A DNA stretch of 63,122 nt, the filler included, from Babesia bigemina (Eukaryota), in NCBI RefSeq assembly GCF_000981445.1. It is 6 parts of 6 records of this genome, joined end to end, with 100 filler letters (N's around TTAATTAATTAA, not from the genome) between each part and the next. Parts side by side here need not be neighbours in the genome. Positions count along the whole stretch, not along the records: positions 26,490 to 35,130 come from NW_012237339.1; positions 35,231 to 40,207 come from NW_012237340.1; positions 40,308 to 51,639 come from NW_012237341.1; 3 more parts are not named here. One strand, given 5' to 3'. The stretch's first letter is position 1. Each line of letters begins with the position of its first letter. This document shows positions 32,705 through 41,175 of this stretch, one piece after another. The position numbers and the translations under genes were made by a program. The notes under the pieces were generated by a model, which searched no databases, was not told where the DNA came from, and saw only the letters and a list, made by a program, of their open reading frames with translations.

Positions 32705-33800
32705 TGCAACGTGCTATGCTAGCACCCAGGCAAAGTGCTAAGCTAGCACGCAGGGAAAGTGCTAAGCTAGCACCCAGGCAAAGTGCTAACCTAGCACCCA
32801 GGCAAAGTGCTAAGCTAGCACCCAGGCAACGTGTCAACCTAGCACCCAGGCAAAGTACTAAGCTGGCAACCAGGCTAAGTGCTAAGCAAGCACCCAGGCT
32901 AAGTGCTAAGCTGGCACCCAGGCTAAGTGCTAAGCTAGCAACCAGGCAAAGTGCTAAGCTAGCACCCAGGCAACGTGTTGACCTAGCACCCAGGCTAAGT
33001 GCTAAGCTAGCACCCAGGCAACGTGTTGACCTAGCACGCAGGCAAAGTGCTAAGCTGGCACACAGGCTAAGTGCTAAGCTGGCACGCAGGTAAAGTGCTA
33101 AGCAAGCAACCAGGCAACGTGTTAACCTAGTACCCAGGCAAAGTGCTAACCTAGCACCCAGGCAAAGTGCTAAGGTAGCAACCAGGCTAAGTGCTAAGCT
33201 AGCAACCAGGCTAAGTGCTAAGCTGTCAACCAGGCAAAGTGCTAAGCAAGCACCCAGGCAAAGTGCTAAACAAGCACCCAGGCAAAGTGCTAACCTAGCA
33301 CCCAGGCAAAGTGCTAACCTAGCACCCAGGCAAAGTGGTATGCTGGCACCCAAGCAACGTGTTGATCTAGCAACCAGACAAAGTGATAAGCTAGCATCCA
33401 GGCAAAGTGGTAAGCTAGCACCCAGGCAAGGTGCTGAGCTAGCACCCAGGCAACGTGGTAAGCTAGCATCCAGGCAAAGTGTTAACCTAGCACACAGGCT
33501 AAGGGGTAAGCTAGCAACTAGGCAAAGTGCTAAGCTGGCACTTAGGCAAAGTGATAAGCTGGCAACCAGGCAAAGTGTTAACCTAGCACTCAGGCAAAGT
33601 GTCAACCTAGCACCCAGGCAAAGTGCTAAGCAAGCAACCAGGCAAAGTGCTAAGCTAGTAACCAGGCAGAGTGATAACCTAGCACCCAGGCAAAGTGGTA
33701 ACCTAGCAACCAGGCAAAGTGGTAAGCTGGCACCCAGGCAAAGTGGTAAGCTGGCAACCAGGCAACGTGGTAAGCTAGCAACCAAGCAACGTGCTGACCT
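32705..33800 (+). repeat. Array D (24 bp), about 45 units
   Basis: Direct periodicity AAGCTAGCACCCAGGCAAAGTGCT. Confidence 0.96.
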
Positions 33801-33819
33801 AACGGCTGACCAAGTTAGT

Positions 33820-33945
33820 GGTTACGGCAGCGATGACAGTTGATGGTTACGGCAGCGATGACAGTTGATGGTTACGGCAGCGATGACAGTTGATGGTTAC
33901 GGCAGCGATGACAGTTGATGGTCACGGCAGCGATGACATGGTGAC
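33820..33945 (+). repeat. Array B, 25-bp variant GGTTACGGCAGCGATGACAGTTGAT
   Basis: Units recur at 33821, 33846, 33871, 33896 and 33921. Confidence 0.9.
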
Positions 33946-33960
33946 CAAAGTGGTGATTAT

Positions 33961-35130
33961 TATCCACTCTACATCGCCCTTTAACCCACTCTACATCGCT
34001 CCCTAACCCACTCTACATCGCCCCTTAATCCACTCTACATCGCCCTTTAACCCACTCTACATCGCCCCTTAATCCACTCCACATCGCCCCTTAACCCACT
34101 GTATATCGCTCCCTAATCCACTCTACATCGCTCCCTAATCCACTCTACATCGCTCCTTTATCCACTCTACATCGCTCCCTAACCCACTCTACATCGCCCC
34201 TTTACCCACTCTACATCGCTCCCTTATCAACTCCACATCGCTCCCTTATCAACTCCACATCGCTCCCTAACCCACCCTACATCGCTCCCTAACCCACTCT
34301 ACATCGCCCCTTTATCCACCTTACATCGCTCCCTAATCTACTCTACATCGCCCCTTAACCCACTCTACATCGCCTATTAACCCACTCTACATCGCCCCTT
34401 AACCCACTCCACATCGCTCCTTTATCCACTCTACATCGCCCCTTTATCCACTCTACATCGCCCCTTAACCCACTCTACATCGCTCCTTTATCCACTCTAC
34501 ATCGCCCCTTTATCCACTCTACATCGCTCCTTAACCCACTCTACATCGCCCCTTAATCCACTCTACATCGCTCCTTAACCCACTCTACATCGCTCCTTAA
34601 TCCACTCTACATCGCTCCTTAACCCACTCTACATCGCTCCTTAACCCACTCTACATCGCTCCTTAACCCACTCTACATCGCTCCTTAACCCACTCTACAT
34701 CGCTCCTTAACCCACTCTACATCGCTCCTTAACCCACTCTACATCGCTCCTTAACCCACTCTACATCGCTCCTTAACCCACTCTACATCGCCCCTTAACC
34801 CACTCTACATCGCTCCTTAACCCACTCTACATCGCTCCTTAACCCACTCTACATCGCCCCTTAACCCACTCTACATCGCCCCTTAACCCACTCTACATCG
34901 CTCCTTAACCCACTCTACATCGCCCCTTAACCCACTCTACATCGCCCCTTAACCCACTCTACATCGCCCCTTAACCCACTCTACATCGCCCCTTAACCCA
35001 CTCTACATCGCTCCTTAACCCACTCTACATCGCCCCTTAACCCACTCTACATCGCCCCTTAACCCACTCTACATCGCCCCTTAACCCACTCTACATCGCT
35101 CCTTAACCCACTCTAATTCGCTCCTTAACC
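33961..35130 (+). repeat. Array A (22 bp), more than 50 units, truncated by the gap
   Basis: Direct periodicity; the distal half is nearly homogeneous. Confidence 0.97.
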
Positions 35131-35230
35131 NNNNNNNNNNNNNNNNNNNNNNNNNNNNNNNNNNNNNNNNNNNNTTAATTAATTAANNNNNNNNNNNNNN
35201 NNNNNNNNNNNNNNNNNNNNNNNNNNNNNN
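35131..35230. other. Artificial contig linker
   Basis: N44-TTAATTAATTAA-N44. Confidence 0.98.
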
Positions 35231-35239
35231 AAAAAACAG

Positions 35240-36883
35240 GTGCTAGACGGGCAGGACGACTTTGAAGTCGAATACGTCGACAAGTCATCCTACTACATAG
35301 AAGCGTACCCACAGAAAATCACGTACGGAGAAATGATGAAGTCGATGAATGACCTGTGCACCAACTCCCATGAGCTGCTGACCACCATCCTCGGCACAGG
35401 TGACGAACAGACGACGTATACCTGTGACTACTCCAACAATTCACTTGGCCTCTACTACCCTCAGAAAGGCGATGACTGCTTGCATACCATCCTAGACATC
35501 CTTCGCCGTTTGTTCCCTGTTTTGTCATTCCTGCACAGCCAGTGTAGCTTCGGCGCATCTGACATGGGCTGGGCAGACTGTCGCTACGGCAAAGATATAC
35601 CCACGACCAAATCGCATTGTAGCAAAGAATCAAAGAACAAAGCAAAGTGCCAGGCAGAGTGCCAACCAAACTACCAACCAAATTGCCAACCTACGTCGCC
35701 ATTAATGTGCTACCTTGGTGACAGCTTGCTTGGTTGCCTGCCACACCAAGTTGGTTCCATTGGTTGTGGCTATAAATGTGCTACGTGTCCTAGTGGTAAA
35801 CCAGGAATGCCCTGTTTGACACCTCTAGGCTTCCGTAGTTTCTCTGGTTCTACAAAGACAGGCAGCGATCTGTGTGAAGTTGTAAGTAAATTCTTCGGCA
35901 GACATGTCGCATCATGCCTCTTCAGCCTCGTTTCAAAGCCTCCATCAACGCTGCCAGAGCACTTCGGCTTCGCTTTATCGCTTGTTAAGAAGTGGGATGA
36001 CCATGGCAAACATCTAATAAGAACAGGTATTGATAACGCTATCACCGACCGTTCTATTGCCCTCTACGATGATGCCAGCCAGCTGACCAACGCGCTGAGT
36101 AACGCCTATGGTAGCAGCCAGAGTGGTAACCACGCCACTAAGCATACTACTAGACCTGTTGACGGCAGTGAAAATGAGGTCAAAAAAGGTGACCTCTGCA
36201 GTCTCGCAATGTCTACCGCATGTTCCGGTCAGCTCTGTGCCCCGTACCTGTATGCCTTATGCACCGATCAGTACAGTTACCTCGCCAGCAAGCAATGTAA
36301 GACGTACTTGTCATGGGCAGTGTATTTGCCATGGACGTTCTGGAATTATCTCAATTCTCTGTACAACGCGTTCAAGGATATCTATTGCCAAGATTGGGGC
36401 TGTCGTACCTGTCTGCGTGCGGACACTTGTAGGCGTGGCCAGCATGGTCTCGTCAACGACAAGACAAAAGCACCGAATTGCAACTGCGGTTCCATTGTAG
36501 AGTGCAAGGGTGCCATGCCTACGTTGTATAAGTACGGTTTTACGTTTGGTGCGCCAGCAGCGTTGAATGGGCAGGGCGGCAAGAAGACGTGTACCAATTT
36601 CATGCAACAGTTGAACAACGTACTGCAATCCACATATTTCCAGACGTTGTTTGAAAAATGTGATGATTTCTTGTGGCAGATAAGACAACCGTTCACATGG
36701 ACAGTTGTCGCACTCTGGCTCCTCTCTGTCCTCTACCTCATCCACATCATGGTCATCCGCCTAGACCTGCTCCACATCAAATCGCATTTACATAGTCCCT
36801 CGAGTCATAAAATAGCTGCTCAATCACTACTTGCTGCTGGACGCGTTAAAAAACTGGGCAGGGTGTTTTATCTACAACCATAA
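35240..36883 (+). CDS. ves1: VESA1-like gene 6, C-terminal 547 codons (5' part lost at the gap)
   Basis: CQPTSPLMCYL, PGMPCLTPLGFRSFSGSTKTG, TM, and tail ...AGRVKKLGRVFYLQP. Confidence 0.9.
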   Translation: MLDGQDDFEVEYVDKSSYYIEAYPQKITYGEMMKSMNDLCTNSHELLTTILGTGDEQTTYTCDYSNNSLGLYYPQKGDDCLHTILDILRRLFPVLSFLHSQCSFGASDMGWADCRYGKDIPTTKSHCSKESKNKAKCQAECQPNYQPNCQPTSPLMCYLGDSLLGCLPHQVGSIGCGYKCATCPSGKPGMPCLTPLGFRSFSGSTKTGSDLCEVVSKFFGRHVASCLFSLVSKPPSTLPEHFGFALSLVKKWDDHGKHLIRTGIDNAITDRSIALYDDASQLTNALSNAYGSSQSGNHATKHTTRPVDGSENEVKKGDLCSLAMSTACSGQLCAPYLYALCTDQYSYLASKQCKTYLSWAVYLPWTFWNYLNSLYNAFKDIYCQDWGCRTCLRADTCRRGQHGLVNDKTKAPNCNCGSIVECKGAMPTLYKYGFTFGAPAALNGQGGKKTCTNFMQQLNNVLQSTYFQTLFEKCDDFLWQIRQPFTWTVVALWLLSVLYLIHIMVIRLDLLHIKSHLHSPSSHKIAAQSLLAAGRVKKLGRVFYLQP

Positions 36884-37835
36884 TCGTACTCACGTGTTTA
36901 CTACCTACACTCACCTAGCATATCACCTACTCACCTAACCGACAAACGTAGTCTAATGTCTCGAATTACTCTAGCGGCAACCTGTGAACTAGATAGCACC
37001 TAAATTAGGTGATGAGTGAACGACAAAGCAACGTGATGAGTAGCACCCAGGCTAGGTGGTAAGCTAGCATCCAGGCAAAGTGCTGAGCTAGCACCCAAAC
37101 AAAGTGGTAAGCTAGCAACCAGGCAACGTGATAACCTAGCATCCAGGCAAAATGCTAAGCTAGCACCCAGGCGAAGTGCTAACCTAGCAACCAGGCAAGG
37201 TGTTAACCTAGCAAGCAGGCTAAGTGCTAAGCTAGCAGTCAGGCAAAGTGCTAGGGTAGCACCCAGGCTAAGTGGTGAGCTAGCAACCAGGCAAAGTGCT
37301 AACCTAGCAACCAGGTAAAGTGGTAAGGTAGCAACCGGGAAAAGTGGTAAGCTAGCATCCAGGCAAAATGCTAAGCTAGCAACCAGGCAAAGTGCTAACC
37401 TAGCAACCAGGCAAGGTGTTAACCTAGCAAGCAGGCTAAGTGCTAACCTAACACCCAGGCAAAGTGCTAAGCTGGCACCCAGGCAGAGTGCTAACCTAGC
37501 AACCAGGCAAAGTGGTAACCTAGCACCCAGGCAAAGTGCTAAGCTAGCAACCAGGCAAAGTGCTAAGCTAGCACGCAGGCAACGTGGTAAGCTAGCAACC
37601 AGGCAAAGTGGTAAGCTGGCAACCAGGCAACGTGGTAACCTAGCAACCAGGCAAAGTGGCGACCTAGCACCCAGGCAACGTGTTGACCTAGCCACCGGGC
37701 TAAGTGCTAAGCTAGCAACCAGGCAAAGTGCTGACCTAGCGAGCAAGCTAAGTGCTAACCTAGCACCCAGGCAAAGTGCTAAGCTAGCAACCAGGCAAAG
37801 TGGTAACCTTGCAACCAGGCAAAGTGGTAAGCTGG
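36884..37835 (+). repeat. Type-1 3' element (36884-37030) followed by array D (~37040-37835)
   Basis: Direct match to the other copies. Confidence 0.93.
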
Positions 37836-38350
37836 CGGATGAACCGTAATTTGGTAGGTGTTGTAGCACGTCGATTGCCTGATGCGTTGAGTTGTGCGTT
37901 GACTGTGAGCGGTGCCCGCGTTGCCCATTGAGTCAGTGTCACGTGAGGCTAGGTGATTGGTCGCTAACGTAAGCGGTCGTGAGGGCCGCGGCGTGTGACC
38001 TAAGTCGTGTGTTGCAAGTCGCTGGCAGGGTGGCGTAATCGGCGTTGGCCTGGTTAGGTAGCATTTATGGGCGGCAATGTACCGATTGTTAATATCATAT
38101 ATGAGCACGTAGCCGACACGCTCCGCCAGCATGGCGCCGATACCGCGGCTCGTAGCACGGTGCTGCTGCACTGTGGGAGTCGAGCGCACGGGGTTCGCTG
38201 CAATTTTAATGGCGTTGCGAATAGTGAATAATTTAAAGTGACCGTTGCTGCGGATGACATGCGTCGCTTCAGGGCAGCTGTGGTATCCTGGGCAGCGTGG
38301 GTGTCGGTGGCCTGGGCTGGGGGGATACAGGGGTGAGGGTGAGTGTTGAT
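37835..38350 (+). repeat. Dispersed conserved non-coding element E (~510 bp), candidate promoter/5' region of the Cys-rich gene
   Basis: Begins GCGGATGAACCGTAATTTGGT; close copies at 47294-47800 (+), 52166-52675 (-) and a partial copy at 55994-56141 (-). Confidence 0.85.
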
Positions 38351-38745
38351 GAGGGGACTGGGAGCGGCAGTGGTAGTGTTGCAGTTGGTGAGTGCTGCTT
38401 GAGTGATTGATATGTTCGCAGGTTGAGGGGAGTGGGAGCGGCAGTGGTACGTGTTGCAGTTGGTGAGTGCTGCTTGAGTGATTGATATGTCTGCAGGTTG
38501 AGGGGACTGGAGCGGCAGTGGTACGTGTTGCAGTTGGTGAGTGCTGCTTGAGTGATTGATAGTTTGCAGGTTGAGGGGACTGGGAGCGGCAGTGGTAGTG
38601 TTGCAGTTGGTGAGTGCTGCTTGAGTGACTGATATGTTCGCAGGTTGAGGGGACTGGGAGCGGCAGTGGTAGTGTTGCAGTTGGTGAGTGCGTTGCTTGA
38701 GTGATTGATGTTTGCAGGCTGAGGGACTGGGAGGGAGAAGGGAAG
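38351..38745 (+). repeat. ~74-bp tandem repeat, five units, each with a 33-34-nt GTGAGT...GCAG intron-like segment
   Basis: GT..AG segments at 38388-38421, 38463-38496, 38537-38569, 38610-38643 and 38684-38717, separated by 40-41 nt. Confidence 0.88.
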
Positions 38746-39294
38746 ATGAGTCGGTGTAAGTGTGGTAATGGATGTAAAAACGGTCAATTCTGTAAGTGCT
38801 GTCCGTGGTGTTGTGTGGAATGTAAGAAAGACACTTATGATAGCTGCGGTGAGTGTGGTGCATATTATTTCTTTCGCAAACAAGGCAGGAAACTTGAAGA
38901 CTGCGGCACTTCGCGATGTAAAATTGAATGTCCTGACTTTACCAAATGTCCATGTAAATGTTGTAAAGCGAAATGTTCACTGCAGCCTAACACGTGCAGT
39001 GCCCGTCCTCCCCCCGCTCCACAGCTTCCCGCTGCTCCCTCCAGTCTTCACTCCGAGTCCACCAGCCAAGAGCTGTCGTCCGGTATTCTCACTGAAAACC
39101 ATTCCGATGACGACTCTGATACAGACAATTCCACACCTTTCCGCCCTGACCCCCAAGCCATCGCCGCCGTCATCGTTGCCATCATCGTCGCCATCATCCT
39201 GCTCGACCTGTGCATCTTCCGCTTTCCCGTGGGCCGCAACATCCGCGATTTCCTCGTCCGCAAGATACCGTTCTGCATCGCGTTTTACAGCTGA
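38746..39294 (+). CDS. Small Cys-rich protein with Pro/Ser linker and C-terminal TM helix (182 aa)
   Basis: The ATG at 38746 follows GGGAAG, as in the paralogue at 48059. Contains CKCCPWCCVECK, the hydrophobic stretch AIAAVIVAIIVAIILLDLCIF and a short basic tail. Confidence 0.78.
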   Translation: MSRCKCGNGCKNGQFCKCCPWCCVECKKDTYDSCGECGAYYFFRKQGRKLEDCGTSRCKIECPDFTKCPCKCCKAKCSLQPNTCSARPPPAPQLPAAPSSLHSESTSQELSSGILTENHSDDDSDTDNSTPFRPDPQAIAAVIVAIIVAIILLDLCIFRFPVGRNIRDFLVRKIPFCIAFYS

Positions 39295-39419
39295 TCTCAG
39301 CAATTTGTTGGCGCTAACATCGTAATCCAAATCCACTGATCACCTAACTGGCAACTGGCATCTAATGTTGTAGACAGCAACGATTGCGTTGATGACAAAT
39401 CACATGGGCAGTGAGGTGA

Positions 39420-39842
39420 CCTAGAACCTTACCAAAGTGTTGACCAACGTGGTGATCAAGGTGCTGACAAATGTGCTGACCTAACGGCTGACCTAATACC
39501 TTACCAAAGTGCTGACCAATGCGATGACCAATGCCATGACCAACGTGGTGACCAAAGTGCTGACCAATGCGCTGACCAGAGTGCTGACCAATGTGCTGAC
39601 CAATGCCATGACCAATGCCGTGACCAACGTGCTGACCAACGTGTTGACCAAAGTGCTGACCAACGTGTTGACCAAAGCCACGACCAAAGTGCTGACCTAG
39701 CACCTGACCAAGTTGATGGTCACGGCAGCGATGAGATGGTCACGGCAGCGATGACAGTGGTCACGGCAGCGATGTCATGGTCACGGCAGCGATGACATGG
39801 TTACAGCAGCGATGACATGGTCACGGCAGCGATGACATGGAC
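39420..39842 (+). repeat. Array C (~39420-39712) followed by array B (~39717-39842)
   Basis: GACCAAAGTGCT units, then GTCACGGCAGCGATGACATG units. Confidence 0.92.
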
Positions 39843-39859
39843 ACAAGTGGTGATTATTA

Positions 39860-40207
39860 TCCACTCTACATCGCCCCTTAACCCACTCTACACCGCCCCT
39901 TAACCCACTCTACATCGCCCCTTAACCCACTCTACATCGCTCCCTAATCCACTCTACCTCGCCCCTTAACCCACTCCACATCGCTCCCTAACCCACTCTA
40001 CATCGCCCCTTTGTCCACTCTACATCGCCCCTTTATCCACTCTACATCGCCCCTTTGTCCACTCTACATCGCCCCTTTACCCACTCTACATCGCCCCTTT
40101 ATCCACTCTACATCGCTCCCTAACCCACTCTACATCGCCCCTTAACCCACTCTACATCGCCCCTTAACCCACCCTACATCGCCCCTTTATCCACTCTACA
40201 TCGCTCC
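39860..40207 (+). repeat. Array A, truncated by the gap
   Basis: Direct periodicity. Confidence 0.96.
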
Positions 40208-40307
40208 NNNNNNNNNNNNNNNNNNNNNNNNNNNNNNNNNNNNNNNNNNNNTTAATTAATTAANNNNNNNNNNNNNNNNNNNNNNNNNNNNNNNNNNNNN
40301 NNNNNNN
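40208..40307. other. Artificial contig linker
   Basis: N44-TTAATTAATTAA-N44. Confidence 0.98.
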
Positions 40308-41146
40308 CCTTACATCGCCCCTTAACCCACTCTACATCGCCCCTTATCCACTCTACATCGCCCCTTTTTCCACTCTACATCGCCCCTTAACCCACTCTAC
40401 ATCGCTCCCTAACCCACTCCACATCGCTCCTTTACCCACTCTACATCGCCCCTTAATCCACTCTACATCGCCCCTTTACCCACTCTACATCGCCCCTTTA
40501 TCCACTCTACATCGCCCCTTTATCCACTCTACATCGCCCCTTTATCCACTCCACATCGCTCCCTTATCCACTCCACATCGCTCCCTTAACCCACTCCACA
40601 TCGCCCCTTTACCCACTCTACATCGCCCCTTTATCCACTTACATCGCTCCTTATCCACTCTACATCGCCCCTTTATCCACTCCACATCGCCCCTTAACCC
40701 ACTCTACATCGCCCCTTACCCACTCTACATCGCCCCTTAACCCACTCTACATCGCCCCTTTACCCACTCTACATCGCTCCCTAATCCACTCTACATCGCC
40801 CCTTTATCCACTCTACATCGCCCCTTAACCCACTCCACATCGCTCCTTAACCCACTCTACATCGCTCCCTAACCCACTCTACATCGCCCCTTTGACCACT
40901 CTACATCGCTCCCTAACCCACTCCACATCGCTCCCTTATCCACTCTACATCGCCCTTAACCCACTCTACATCGCCCCTTAACCCACTCTACATCGCTCCC
41001 TAACCCACTCTACATCGCCCCTTTGACCACTCTACATCGCCCCTTTACCCACTCTACATCGCCCCTAATTTACTCTACATCGCTCCTTTATCCACTCTAC
41101 ATCGCCCCTTTACCCACTCTACATCGCCCCTTTATCCACTCTACAT
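40308..41146 (+). repeat. Array A, truncated by the gap
   Basis: Direct periodicity. Confidence 0.96.
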
Positions 41147-41175
41147 CCCTCGAATTACCTCGCCATACCACCGCT

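Noticed and set aside
32667..33843. Long ORFs in array D (LAPRQSAK / CLVASLAL repeats; also 7069-7698, 37000-37869, 46822-47328, 56050-56700)
   Set aside because: A 24-bp unit without stops in some frames stays open on both strands by construction. There is no consistent start, end or non-repeat domain.
33961..35130. Array A as a true telomere
   Set aside because: CCCTAA occurs only as part of a 22-bp unit, and the arrays lie internally between genes (5023-6666, 13738-14631).
38054..38883. Minus-strand ORFs of 269 and 204 aa across the 74-bp repeats
   Set aside because: They are antisense to the Cys-rich gene, the frame shifts from unit to unit, and they are not conserved as ORFs in the other copies.
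39362..39703. ORFs in array C (LTNV / GQHF / VSTL repeats; also 7029-7250, 21210-21407, 49277-49673)
   Set aside because: They are by-products of the 12-bp periodicity and are open in several frames at once.
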